Below, piece after piece: positions 1-7,530 of a stretch of 55,414 nucleotides of DNA. Source of the stretch: a virus. Its lineage: Duplodnaviria; Caudoviricetes. The DNA lies in IMG/VR virus record IMGVR_UViG_3300020733_000020, positions 1-55,414 of that record, one strand, 5' to 3'. The notes under the pieces are model-generated. The model had not been told where the DNA came from, made no database searches, and worked only from the letters and a program-made list of their open reading frames with translations. Numbering within the stretch: the stretch's first letter is position 1; each line of letters starts with the position of its first letter. Made by a program: the position numbers and the translations under genes.

Positions 1-231
1 TAGAGCTAGTCCTACACTAAACAGCTTGATAATCCAGTTGAGTTTGCCCGCACGTTCATAGACTTTCTGAAGTCCGCTCTTTTTGCCAGCTTCGTCTGTC
101 TTTAGTTTTTCATAAAGATCTATAACATCTTGTTGCATCTTCTGATTACTCTGGACAGCAGTTTTAATCTCAGCCGGAGTTAATTTAGGAGGCGCAGTGG
201 CAGCTTCTCTGATGATTTCGTATACTTTCAT
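1..231 (-). CDS. Hypothetical protein, partial (runs off the left edge); possible virion/head-internal protein
   Basis: Not in the ORF track. Manual translation from ATG at 231 gives MKVYEIIREAATAPPKLTPAEIK..., open to position 1. A TAAATA motif lies 5 nt upstream of the ATG. Confidence 0.75.
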   Translation of the reverse strand, partial: MKVYEIIREAATAPPKLTPAEIKTAVQSNQKMQQDVIDLYEKLKTDEAGKKSGLQKVYERAGKLNWIIKLFSVGLAL

Positions 232-236
232 AGTTA

Positions 237-244
237 TATTTACC
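237..244 (-). promoter_or_regulatory. Late promoter-like motif (GGTAAATA)
   Basis: Matches the TAAATA core of the T4 gp55 late promoter TATAAATA and sits just upstream of the ATG at 231. Confidence 0.55.
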
Positions 245-285
245 TAGATACAAGATTCAATAAAAAATAGGCCAAAAAGTGCGTA

Positions 286-293
286 TATAAATA
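286..293 (+). promoter_or_regulatory. T4-type late promoter TATAAATA
   Basis: Exact T4 late consensus 23 nt upstream of the ATG at 317, with a GGAG Shine-Dalgarno in between. A gp55-like sigma is encoded in this window. Confidence 0.7.
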
Positions 294-316
294 CATGACT
301 ATCCGGAGTTATTATC

Positions 317-1144
317 ATGGCCACAAACCCATTACAGCAGTACTTTAGACAACCAAAAGTTTATATCAAGTTACCATCAGGGGGTGCATATTCCAAGCCC
401 GGCAACATACAGGGCGATGTTACACACATGCCTGTTTACGGCATGACTGGCATGGACGAAATTATAATGAAGACTCCTGATTCGCTGTTAACAGGGCAAA
501 GCACAGCACAGGTCATTACCAGTTGCTGTCCTAACATCAAAGATCCTTGGGATATTCCCATAATCGACATCAATGCCATATTGGCCGCAATAAAAATTGC
601 TACATTCGGCAACACACTCAGCGTGACCAGCAAGTGCCCCGGCTGTCAAACCGACAATGATTACGATCTAGATCTTAACAAAATCATTGAGCACTATATG
701 AGTTGTCAGTACAACAACTCTGTGTCTGTGGGCAGTTTAAAAATTAAACTACATCCACTTGATTATAAAACCACTACAGAGTTTGGTATTCGCAACTTCC
801 AACTGCAACAGCAGATGGTGCAAGCAGATCAAATGGAACAAGGTGATGCTCGCACTGAACAAATGAAAAGACTGTTCGAAGAACTGGGCAAACTGCAAAC
901 AGACATTATCAAAAGCATTATAGAAAGCATTGACACTGGTGCTCAAGTGGTTACAGAATCTGAATTTATCAACGAATGGGTTGACAACTGTGACAAGACT
1001 GTGTTCGACAACATCAGAGAACAAAACATCAAGAACAATGAAATCTGGTCTGTTCCTCCTTTTGATGTTGTCTGTGAGAACTGCGGCAAACAGGACAGCA
1101 TCAAAGTAGAGCTGGATGAATCAAATTTTTTCGTCAAAGCCTAA
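317..1144 (+). CDS. T4 gp26/gp51-like baseplate hub assembly protein (tail assembly chaperone-like)
   Basis: N-terminal NPLQQYFRQPKVYIKLPSGG; MT..DEI..KTPD.LL.G; D..AIL.AIKIATFG; two CxxC pairs (CPGC, CENC); C-terminal ..SNFF. Confidence 0.7.
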   Translation: MATNPLQQYFRQPKVYIKLPSGGAYSKPGNIQGDVTHMPVYGMTGMDEIIMKTPDSLLTGQSTAQVITSCCPNIKDPWDIPIIDINAILAAIKIATFGNTLSVTSKCPGCQTDNDYDLDLNKIIEHYMSCQYNNSVSVGSLKIKLHPLDYKTTTEFGIRNFQLQQQMVQADQMEQGDARTEQMKRLFEELGKLQTDIIKSIIESIDTGAQVVTESEFINEWVDNCDKTVFDNIREQNIKNNEIWSVPPFDVVCENCGKQDSIKVELDESNFFVKA

Positions 1145-1365
1145 TTGGACTAGCACCTGAAGAAGTAGAACGGCGTCTAATTAGGCTAGACAACGAAATC
1201 AAAGAATTCAAGCAAGAACTATTTCGCATATCCTGGTACATGCGTGGCGGTGTTTCAGTCACGGAACTGCTTAACTACTACAGTTACGAAGATCGTGACA
1301 TGATATATAGTGTGATTAAATCTAATCTTGAAGCTACTAAAGAAACTCGTATGCCTCTGATATAA
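1126..1365 (+). CDS. -1 frame extension of the upstream gene via a probable programmed ribosomal frameshift (fusion ~349 aa)
   Basis: In-frame slippery heptamer T TTT TTC at 1126-1132. The -1 frame is open for 77 further codons (RQSLIGLAPEEVERRLIRLDNEIKEFKQELFRISWYMRGGVSVTELLNYYSYEDRDMIYSVIKSNLEATKETRMPLI*). A stem pairs 1138-1150 with 1175-1187. Confidence 0.7.
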   Translation, partial: FFRQSLIGLAPEEVERRLIRLDNEIKEFKQELFRISWYMRGGVSVTELLNYYSYEDRDMIYSVIKSNLEATKETRMPLI

Positions 1366-1390
1366 AGAAGAACTACGTTCTTCTGTTTTT
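1366..1390 (+). terminator. Intrinsic terminator-like hairpin, possibly bidirectional
   Basis: AGAAGAAC-TAC-GTTCTTCT (1366-1384) followed by GTTTTT, immediately after the TAA at 1363-1365. Confidence 0.6.
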
Positions 1391-1814
1391 CGCTTGCGCT
1401 CAAACTTTTCTTATTTCTTTAATCGATTTATAGTGCGAAGCACTTAAGATATTATCTAGATTGTTCAGTCACACTTTGCCCTAGCCGGGCAAAACGTGGA
1501 CATTATCTGAGTTGAACATGATCACAGTAGCAATATGGCGTTACAGAGGCGGTCATCCGGTACCTCGAGCCAAGTCTTTATATGACGGCAATTAGTATAC
1601 ATTCGCTACCATATATACTAATCCAGGGTTTTTCTCCCTTCTTTTAGCCTTTTAAATTTGTTTCTTGCAAGTCAAACCAGTTTGAGGCATATCTGATCGT
1701 CGTCCTGTAAAGGATAGTGACTTTGCTGATCTGCGCCAAGCAGACACTCCTTACCGCCACACATCAGAGCGGATTACGGGCACCTTAACTGCGCCGGTGC
1801 GGGCTTATTTGGCG
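1366..1814 (-). ncRNA. Candidate large structured non-coding RNA (~450 nt), class unrecognised
   Basis: No ORF of 60 aa or more in an otherwise gene-dense genome. Many inverted repeats: 1432-1444, 1462-1467/1513-1518 enclosing 1475-1481/1487-1493, 1591-1599/1614-1622, 1692-1697/1763-1768, 1780-1784/1796-1800. Strand is inferred from the upstream operon. Confidence 0.55.
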
Positions 1815-2261
1815 TTATTTTGCCTTGTTTTCTTGGAGTTTCTTAATGTGTGAGCCGTGTACACGCACTTGAATATGGCCGTTATAGTAGTCGTTTGACT
1901 CTAAAACTCTGCGTGAAAACTGCTCTCTAGCCTCTACATACGACATTTCTGCTTTGGAAATACAGTAAAAAAGTATTTCTCTGCGAAAGTTTTCTGTTCC
2001 TAACTGCGTAACATCCTTGGTTAATTCTGGACTTGAGCCATAATATGTGGGCCAGTCCGAGTCAATTTTGCTACGGATTTTCTTTTTTTTCTTGGTGCCG
2101 TTCTTTAATTTTACTGTCTTTGTGACTGTTTTAGAAAATTTTGCTAGTTTTTTGCCTATGTACATGCGACCTGTAATAGTATTCGTGATTATATATACGA
2201 ATCCTACACAATCTTCAGGAAGTTCTGAAACTAATTGATCTTGATAGTACCATGACATCAA
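1815..2261 (-). CDS. GIY-YIG family endonuclease, catalytic domain only
   Basis: GFVYIITN...G.MYIGKK motif; YYGSS; F.REIL; conserved Glu in AEMSYVEAREQ; YYN motif. No C-terminal DNA-binding domain. Confidence 0.8.
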   Translation of the reverse strand: MMSWYYQDQLVSELPEDCVGFVYIITNTITGRMYIGKKLAKFSKTVTKTVKLKNGTKKKKKIRSKIDSDWPTYYGSSPELTKDVTQLGTENFRREILFYCISKAEMSYVEAREQFSRRVLESNDYYNGHIQVRVHGSHIKKLQENKAK

Positions 2262-2525
2262 TTAGTTAGTGTCGTTACTGTCCCCTTGTGCCTTCTTTTG
2301 AGCGCGACGAACCTTGCGTTCATCTAGTTGCGCTCGCTTTTCTACTTGCCAAAGCCTAATTGCCTTACGTCTTGCCGAACAAATGTGCCTAATATCTGAT
2401 AATAAATGACGAAGTCGTATGGTACTGGCGTAAGTATCATCGTTGAACCACTGCTGATTCTCCTCAAAATACTTGCGAAATGTAGCCATCAGCTCACGAT
2501 GTAGCTCTTCGTCCTTGTCAATCAA
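2262..2525 (-). CDS. Small basic helical protein, weakly reminiscent of Hc1-like DNA-binding proteins
   Basis: 87 aa, overlaps the gp46 stop. The pattern Y.EEN..W...A..R.R..L..I....RRK.I resembles the Hc1-like family only loosely. Confidence 0.55.
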   Translation of the reverse strand: MIDKDEELHRELMATFRKYFEENQQWFNDDTYASTIRLRHLLSDIRHICSARRKAIRLWQVEKRAQLDERKVRRAQKKAQGDSNDTN

Positions 2526-4300
2526 TCGGTAATCTCCAAATCATTAGCATAACTAGTGAATCCGTTTTCCTTAACGACCTTTAATACGTTGTTGACACGC
2601 CCGATCAGTTCATCTTTGTGCGATATCAAGAAAATATTCTTCTTGCGCTCACGTGCCATCTTCTTAAGTACTGCCAGTGCGCCCTCTACACCTGACGCAT
2701 CTAGGCCGTTGTCTATCAATTCATCAACAAACAACAGGTTAATCTGCTGATACAGTGATTCCCAAACATCACGGAAAGCCCATGACAAACCTAATATTAG
2801 TCGATTACGCTCACCACGCGATAGGTTATCAAAGTCTAAATCTTGCCCTAGCTGTGTGATCAGCACAGATAAATCGTTCTGGAACATGACAGTATGCGGT
2901 AAACCCATGCGATCTAAGTAGTAGGTCAAGCGATTATTAAGATAAGCCAGATTCTGATCAATGATTTTCTTGCGGATAAACGAGTCTTTTGACGTCAATA
3001 GCTTGAGCAAGAACTCCTGATGGTCCTTTAAACTGCTGAGTGTATTGACATGATCCCAAGAAATCTCCTGAATAGCAGTATGACGTAGCTCATCTATCTG
3101 TTCTTGATAAGGATCTTGCTCACCTGCTTTAACTGTTAGGTTAGTTTCTAGACTCTTTAAGTTATTCTGATGCTTGAGAGCCTGCTCAACTGTGTCGTAA
3201 TATGTGTTGGGTCTAGTGGTTACTTCGCCCAGTTCTGCTATGTCCGCGACAATTTTAGCCAAATCTTTTTCGACCTTGGCATAATATTGCCGGGCCTCGT
3301 CAAGGTGTGCTTGTGCGACAGCAGTCATTTCTTCATGCTTATGGTCATGTAGCTCTTGTTCACAAGCGTGACAAGTCTTGTTAGCCAACAAGCCAAGCTC
3401 GCGATCATACTTCGTGACGCTTCGCTCCGCTTGCGCTATCGCGCTATCTAACGTAGCCCGCTCCTTATTCAGGCTTTTCAGCTTCGCTGCCTTATCTTCA
3501 TAGGCTTTTAGCTCGCTGTGCTTCGCAAGCTCAGTATCTATATCTACGTTTTCTAGCTCTACAATAGCACGGGCTATCTTTTCAATTTCTGCTTGATGCT
3601 GGGTATTCCATGCACTTTGTTTAGTTGTTAAACTATCAATGCTCTTTTGTATACCTTCGTTGCTACGTTTTGTAGCTTCAATAGCGGCATTTTCTTGTGT
3701 AATTTCATCTTTAGTTGATTTGATTAGTTCTTTAAGTGCTTCTGCTTTCTCACTTAGTACAGTAATACCTAATAATTGTTCAATGATTGCTCGTTGATCA
3801 TTGGCTCGCATACTAAGGAAAGGCTCTGTATAGGTATTGAGTGCTACAATATGTTTGAACATATCATGACTCATACCTAACAAATCATCTAAATCCTTTT
3901 GTGTTTCGCGCATGTCTCCTTGTGCGTCATCTGTTTCTTCTGAACTTTGTTCTATATCATTGACATAAAACTGAAGTACGTTAGGTTTACGCCCTCGTTC
4001 AATGCGATAATCGATGCCGTCCTTTTCAAATGCTAGTGTAACTAACATGCCTTTATTGTTAATCTTATTAACAAGATTATCTTTTTTAATATTAGTTAAC
4101 GCCTGTCCATATAATGCAAAGGTTAGTGCATTGACAATAGTAGTTTTGCCTGTACCGTTGCGTGATCCACTGTCATCTCCACCTTGATCTAAGTTTTCTC
4201 CTAGCACAAGTGTAAGATTCTGTTGTGCAAAGTTTACAGCCTGGGTTTGATTGCCCACGCTCATGAAGTTTTTTACTGTTAATTCTTTTAATTTTATCAT
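2522..4300 (-). CDS. Recombination endonuclease ATPase subunit (T4 gp46 / SbcC / Rad50-like)
   Basis: VKNFMSVG; Walker A RNGTGKTT; coiled coil with zinc hook CHAC; signature LSRGE; Walker B LLFVDE; ISH motif. Confidence 0.93.
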   Translation of the reverse strand: MIKLKELTVKNFMSVGNQTQAVNFAQQNLTLVLGENLDQGGDDSGSRNGTGKTTIVNALTFALYGQALTNIKKDNLVNKINNKGMLVTLAFEKDGIDYRIERGRKPNVLQFYVNDIEQSSEETDDAQGDMRETQKDLDDLLGMSHDMFKHIVALNTYTEPFLSMRANDQRAIIEQLLGITVLSEKAEALKELIKSTKDEITQENAAIEATKRSNEGIQKSIDSLTTKQSAWNTQHQAEIEKIARAIVELENVDIDTELAKHSELKAYEDKAAKLKSLNKERATLDSAIAQAERSVTKYDRELGLLANKTCHACEQELHDHKHEEMTAVAQAHLDEARQYYAKVEKDLAKIVADIAELGEVTTRPNTYYDTVEQALKHQNNLKSLETNLTVKAGEQDPYQEQIDELRHTAIQEISWDHVNTLSSLKDHQEFLLKLLTSKDSFIRKKIIDQNLAYLNNRLTYYLDRMGLPHTVMFQNDLSVLITQLGQDLDFDNLSRGERNRLILGLSWAFRDVWESLYQQINLLFVDELIDNGLDASGVEGALAVLKKMARERKKNIFLISHKDELIGRVNNVLKVVKENGFTSYANDLEITD

Positions 4301-5310
4301 AGGCTACTGTAAATCGCCAATAGTGTATTTTTGTCGTAGGTATCTGAATCAATACTTACAATTTGATTGCTTACAATTTGATCAATACTTTCAAATGATT
4401 GTATATCTATATTGGTATTGATTTCAATTTCTTTCTTTTCTGCAATTAGAGTAAGTTCACGGATATCATAATCAGCGATAAACTTCTCTTTAATAAAACT
4501 TGCTTCTTCAAAACTAATATCGATATCTAATGCAACACGTAAATGTTGCTTAGGTTTAATAATAGTATCGGCTTCGTCGATTAATTGACTTAATTTAACT
4601 GTACGGAATGTAGGTTGTTCAGGCCAACTGTGAAATTCAGGTTGTCCTCCCCATTCTAATATCATCATACCTCTGTCATCATCCCAAGCATCTGAATAGT
4701 TGTGTGGAAATGCGTTACCAATGTAACACATATTTTCATTCATTTGACGTTTGTGGAAATGCCCACTAAAGCCCATTTCAAATCCTTTAAAAGCATCTAC
4801 TTGCAACTCACCGTGATCCGGCATTTGCACCATTGCGTTCATGAAGAACTTGGGGAGTTCGAAGTGTCCGAAGCAATACTTACCGCCCTTTTTGCTTATT
4901 GATTTCCATTCTTCACCAACAAGCCAGGGACACATTGTGACATCTCCAATAGTAGTAGGCTCATGTACCACAGTGATACCAGGTATATACTTTCCAAATT
5001 CCACAGAGTGTATGTCCCTTTTATCTTTATAGTACAAATCATGATTACCAGGAAAGAAGTAGAACTGATCAAACGCCTGCCCCAACTTTTCCAAGGCCCT
5101 AAGGCTATAATCCATTGTAGTAATGTTAAGGCTATTACGATTATGATGCCAATCGCCCATAAAGATACCTGTATCACAACCTTCCTCCTTTGCTTTAGCA
5201 ATATACCAATCTACAAAGTCTTCACAGTCTTGGTTGTGTACTGAACTGTTAGACTTCAAACCAAAGTGGATGTCTGTAAATGCGGCGATTTTTTTAAACA
5301 AATTACTCAC
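4297..5310 (-). CDS. Recombination endonuclease nuclease subunit (T4 gp47 / SbcD / Mre11-like)
   Basis: Metallophosphoesterase motifs DIHFG, GDWHH, GNHD, GHFE, GHFH. Start moved to the GTG at 5310, which has a GAGGA SD 8 nt upstream; the ORF track starts at 5328. Confidence 0.92.
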   Translation of the reverse strand: MSNLFKKIAAFTDIHFGLKSNSSVHNQDCEDFVDWYIAKAKEEGCDTGIFMGDWHHNRNSLNITTMDYSLRALEKLGQAFDQFYFFPGNHDLYYKDKRDIHSVEFGKYIPGITVVHEPTTIGDVTMCPWLVGEEWKSISKKGGKYCFGHFELPKFFMNAMVQMPDHGELQVDAFKGFEMGFSGHFHKRQMNENMCYIGNAFPHNYSDAWDDDRGMMILEWGGQPEFHSWPEQPTFRTVKLSQLIDEADTIIKPKQHLRVALDIDISFEEASFIKEKFIADYDIRELTLIAEKKEIEINTNIDIQSFESIDQIVSNQIVSIDSDTYDKNTLLAIYSSL

Positions 5311-6148
5311 TAGATGTGTCCTCTGCATGTCGTTTTAGTGCCGCGGCATGTTCGCCTGCACCGGTACGACTGTAACTTGGGTTCATACCGTTGATTTCTA
5401 AAATGTCATCCCGGATATTTTGATTACGTTTTTCGATATTAATAACTCTAACAAAGCTGTTAGTAACAGCGGCAGTAAAATAAGCAAAAGGATTATCGGA
5501 TTTCGATTCATCAAATTGTAGTCCTATCTGTGTTAATTGTAAAATGGCTTGACCCTTCATTTCATCATTATATGTGTAGCCGCGAACGTTACCGCGAGTA
5601 GCATATCTCTCACATAACTTTAACATCATTCTAGCTAAGTTGTTAGTAATTTGGCCAGCATCTTTATCAAATTTACCTTTAGCTAGTGTACCTTTCCAAT
5701 GACTTTTACCAACACATTCAAGTTCGTTATTTTCATTAAACTTCCAATGTTGAAATGGAGGAAAGTTTACTTTGTCTCTGTGATCTGCTAGACTCTTTGG
5801 ATTTTTCTTACGAGTATTGTTTAATGGAATATGATCAAATGTCATTACTCGAAAAATAACATCAGTTTTGGCAATCTTTTTGTAGTCAACTTCACAGTCG
5901 GCTATCTTAACTTTTTCTCCCGCTTTTTTACGAGTCTGGTAATCTAAATCTCCGATACGTTTTGCACGATTGCGTTTGGCTTCTGCTATGGTTCTAATAT
6001 TAATTTTATCAACACTGGCAACTATAATGTCGTATTGATGATATTCTGGCTTGGCAAAAACACAGTAGCTACTTTTTGATTTATGTATTTCGGCTAGCAT
6101 GTCCTTATTGTTTAAGTAATTTACTTTTGGGGTTGATGGTATTGTCAT
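5303..6148 (-). CDS. Late-transcription sigma factor, T4 gp55-like
   Basis: NYLNNKDML.EI; GYTYNDEM..QAI; FD..KSDNPFAYFT....NSF.R.I..EK. Adjacent to gp47/gp46 as in T4-like phages. Confidence 0.85.
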   Translation of the reverse strand: MTIPSTPKVNYLNNKDMLAEIHKSKSSYCVFAKPEYHQYDIIVASVDKINIRTIAEAKRNRAKRIGDLDYQTRKKAGEKVKIADCEVDYKKIAKTDVIFRVMTFDHIPLNNTRKKNPKSLADHRDKVNFPPFQHWKFNENNELECVGKSHWKGTLAKGKFDKDAGQITNNLARMMLKLCERYATRGNVRGYTYNDEMKGQAILQLTQIGLQFDESKSDNPFAYFTAAVTNSFVRVINIEKRNQNIRDDILEINGMNPSYSRTGAGEHAAALKRHAEDTSSE

Positions 6149-6170
6149 TAATTCATTCTCCGGATGTGTT

Positions 6171-6199
6171 ATTATAAACTACGCACTTTATAAAGTCAA
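6171..6199 (-). promoter_or_regulatory. sigma70-type promoter for the gp55-gp47-gp46 operon
   Basis: Minus strand reads TTGACT-17 nt-TATAAT (6199-6194, 6176-6171). Confidence 0.75.
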
Positions 6200-6206
6200 C
6201 TAAATA
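6199..6206 (+). promoter_or_regulatory. Late promoter-like motif (ACTAAATA) for the baseplate operon
   Basis: TAAATA core upstream of the GAGGA SD and the ATG at 6230. Confidence 0.55.
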
Positions 6207-6229
6207 TTGTACCAAAAGAGGATTTTATT

Positions 6230-7228
6230 ATGGCAGTTCTTGGATCAACAATTACAACATTAAGTGCCGGCGCAGGCGTCATTGCAAGTGGTGTGCAAGC
6301 AGTTAGTGTAGCTAGAAATTTAGGAAGTGCGTTATCAGCTAATTTGGCAACAGGTGATGTAGCAGGTGCAATTCGTTCAGTTGATTTGCCAGCCGCGGGA
6401 GAAGCAATTGGCGATTTGACTAGTGCATTTGCCGCATTTGGCGGCGGCGATGCACCTGATAATGATTGGCGTGTCAGATTAAGTCTCCCAACTTGGTCCA
6501 GCTTTAGAAATAGTCCAGTACTTACACCATTAAAAGATGCCGGCGGACTAATATTCCCTTACACTCCTTCAATTACTGTTGCTAGTAGTGCCAGCTATAG
6601 TAATATTGATACAGTACATACTAATTATCAATTCCGTGCTTTTAGGAACAGCGATCCGGGCACTATAACAATTACAGCGCCGATGAACGTTGAAGATCAA
6701 ACTCAAGGGCTTTATTGGATTGCCGCAGTTCATTATTTGCGTAGTCTAACAAAAATGTTTACAGGGCAAGATCCTAAAGCAGGAACTCCTCCTGTGATTG
6801 TAAAACTTAACGGATATGGCAATTATGTTTTTAAAAATGTTCCAGTAATAGTTACTGCATTTAACACAACATTGAATAACGATTGTGATTATATCGGAGT
6901 ACCCGTAGTAGGTAGCGAAGCAGGAGCTATCCAGGGAATAACAGATTCAATTAGTGGACTATCAGACAGTCTCGGCGGATCCATACCTGGTGTCTCTGAT
7001 CTGCTTGGCGGTGTAAGTACACTTGCAGGTGGCATTGGAGCCATTGCTGGACTTGCCGGAAGTTTAGGGTTAGGCGGTACAACCTCCGGAGGTATAACTC
7101 ATGTACCAACAAAGAGTAGTTTTACAGTAACACTTCAGCCAATCTACAGCAGAAATGCAGTACGTACATTTAGTCTAGATAGATTTGTTGGTGGCGGTTA
7201 CTTAAACAATAGTTTTGGATATATCTAA
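6230..7228 (+). CDS. Baseplate/tail-tube initiator-like protein (gp48/gp54-like)
   Basis: DWRVRL; GLIFPYTPSI; H.NY.F; PPVIVKLNGYG...FKNVPV; tube-like motifs. First gene of the baseplate cluster. Confidence 0.6.
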   Translation: MAVLGSTITTLSAGAGVIASGVQAVSVARNLGSALSANLATGDVAGAIRSVDLPAAGEAIGDLTSAFAAFGGGDAPDNDWRVRLSLPTWSSFRNSPVLTPLKDAGGLIFPYTPSITVASSASYSNIDTVHTNYQFRAFRNSDPGTITITAPMNVEDQTQGLYWIAAVHYLRSLTKMFTGQDPKAGTPPVIVKLNGYGNYVFKNVPVIVTAFNTTLNNDCDYIGVPVVGSEAGAIQGITDSISGLSDSLGGSIPGVSDLLGGVSTLAGGIGAIAGLAGSLGLGGTTSGGITHVPTKSSFTVTLQPIYSRNAVRTFSLDRFVGGGYLNNSFGYI

Positions 7229-7229
7229 T

Positions 7230-7529
7230 ATGGCAATTTATACAAATACTAGTCCTTGGTATAACACTGATGTTGTTAATAATCATCTTGATGTTTTAAA
7301 TATTAGACCTGTTAGTGCAGAAGCAGATGATTATCTCTATACCATACAACCTCAATATACATATCGTCCAGATTTGTTAGCCTCTGACTTGTATGGCGAT
7401 CCTAACCTATGGTGGGTTTTTATACAACGCAATCTTGATATATTACAAGATCCTATTTTAGATTTTATTCCCGGAACTCAAATTTACATTTGTAAAAATA
7501 GTAGCTTAAAGACAGCTTTAGGATTATAA
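7230..7529 (+). CDS. Baseplate wedge protein, gp53/LysM-like
   Basis: YRPDLLASDLYGDPNLWWVF..RN...DPI.DF.PG motif. The second ATG (7230), just after the upstream stop, is preferred over 7215. Confidence 0.75.
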   Translation: MAIYTNTSPWYNTDVVNNHLDVLNIRPVSAEADDYLYTIQPQYTYRPDLLASDLYGDPNLWWVFIQRNLDILQDPILDFIPGTQIYICKNSSLKTALGL

Positions 7530-7530
7530 C

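Noticed and set aside
1240-1365. Independent 41-aa gene starting MRGGVS
   Set aside because: No SD precedes the ATG. The frame is open back to the slippery site, so a frameshift fusion explains it better, though an independent gene is not excluded.
1366-1814. Group I intron, tmRNA, RNase P or tRNA identity for the structured region
   Set aside because: It does not interrupt a gene, and I found no group I P7 core, no tRNA-like ends or T-loop, and no RNase P GAGGAAAGUCC motif by eye. A covariance-model search is still needed.
2082-2090. In-frame A AAA AAG slippery heptamer in the GIY-YIG gene (minus strand)
   Set aside because: The -1 frame hits TAG after three codons (GAA AAT CCG TAG). The run is explained by poly-Lys coding.
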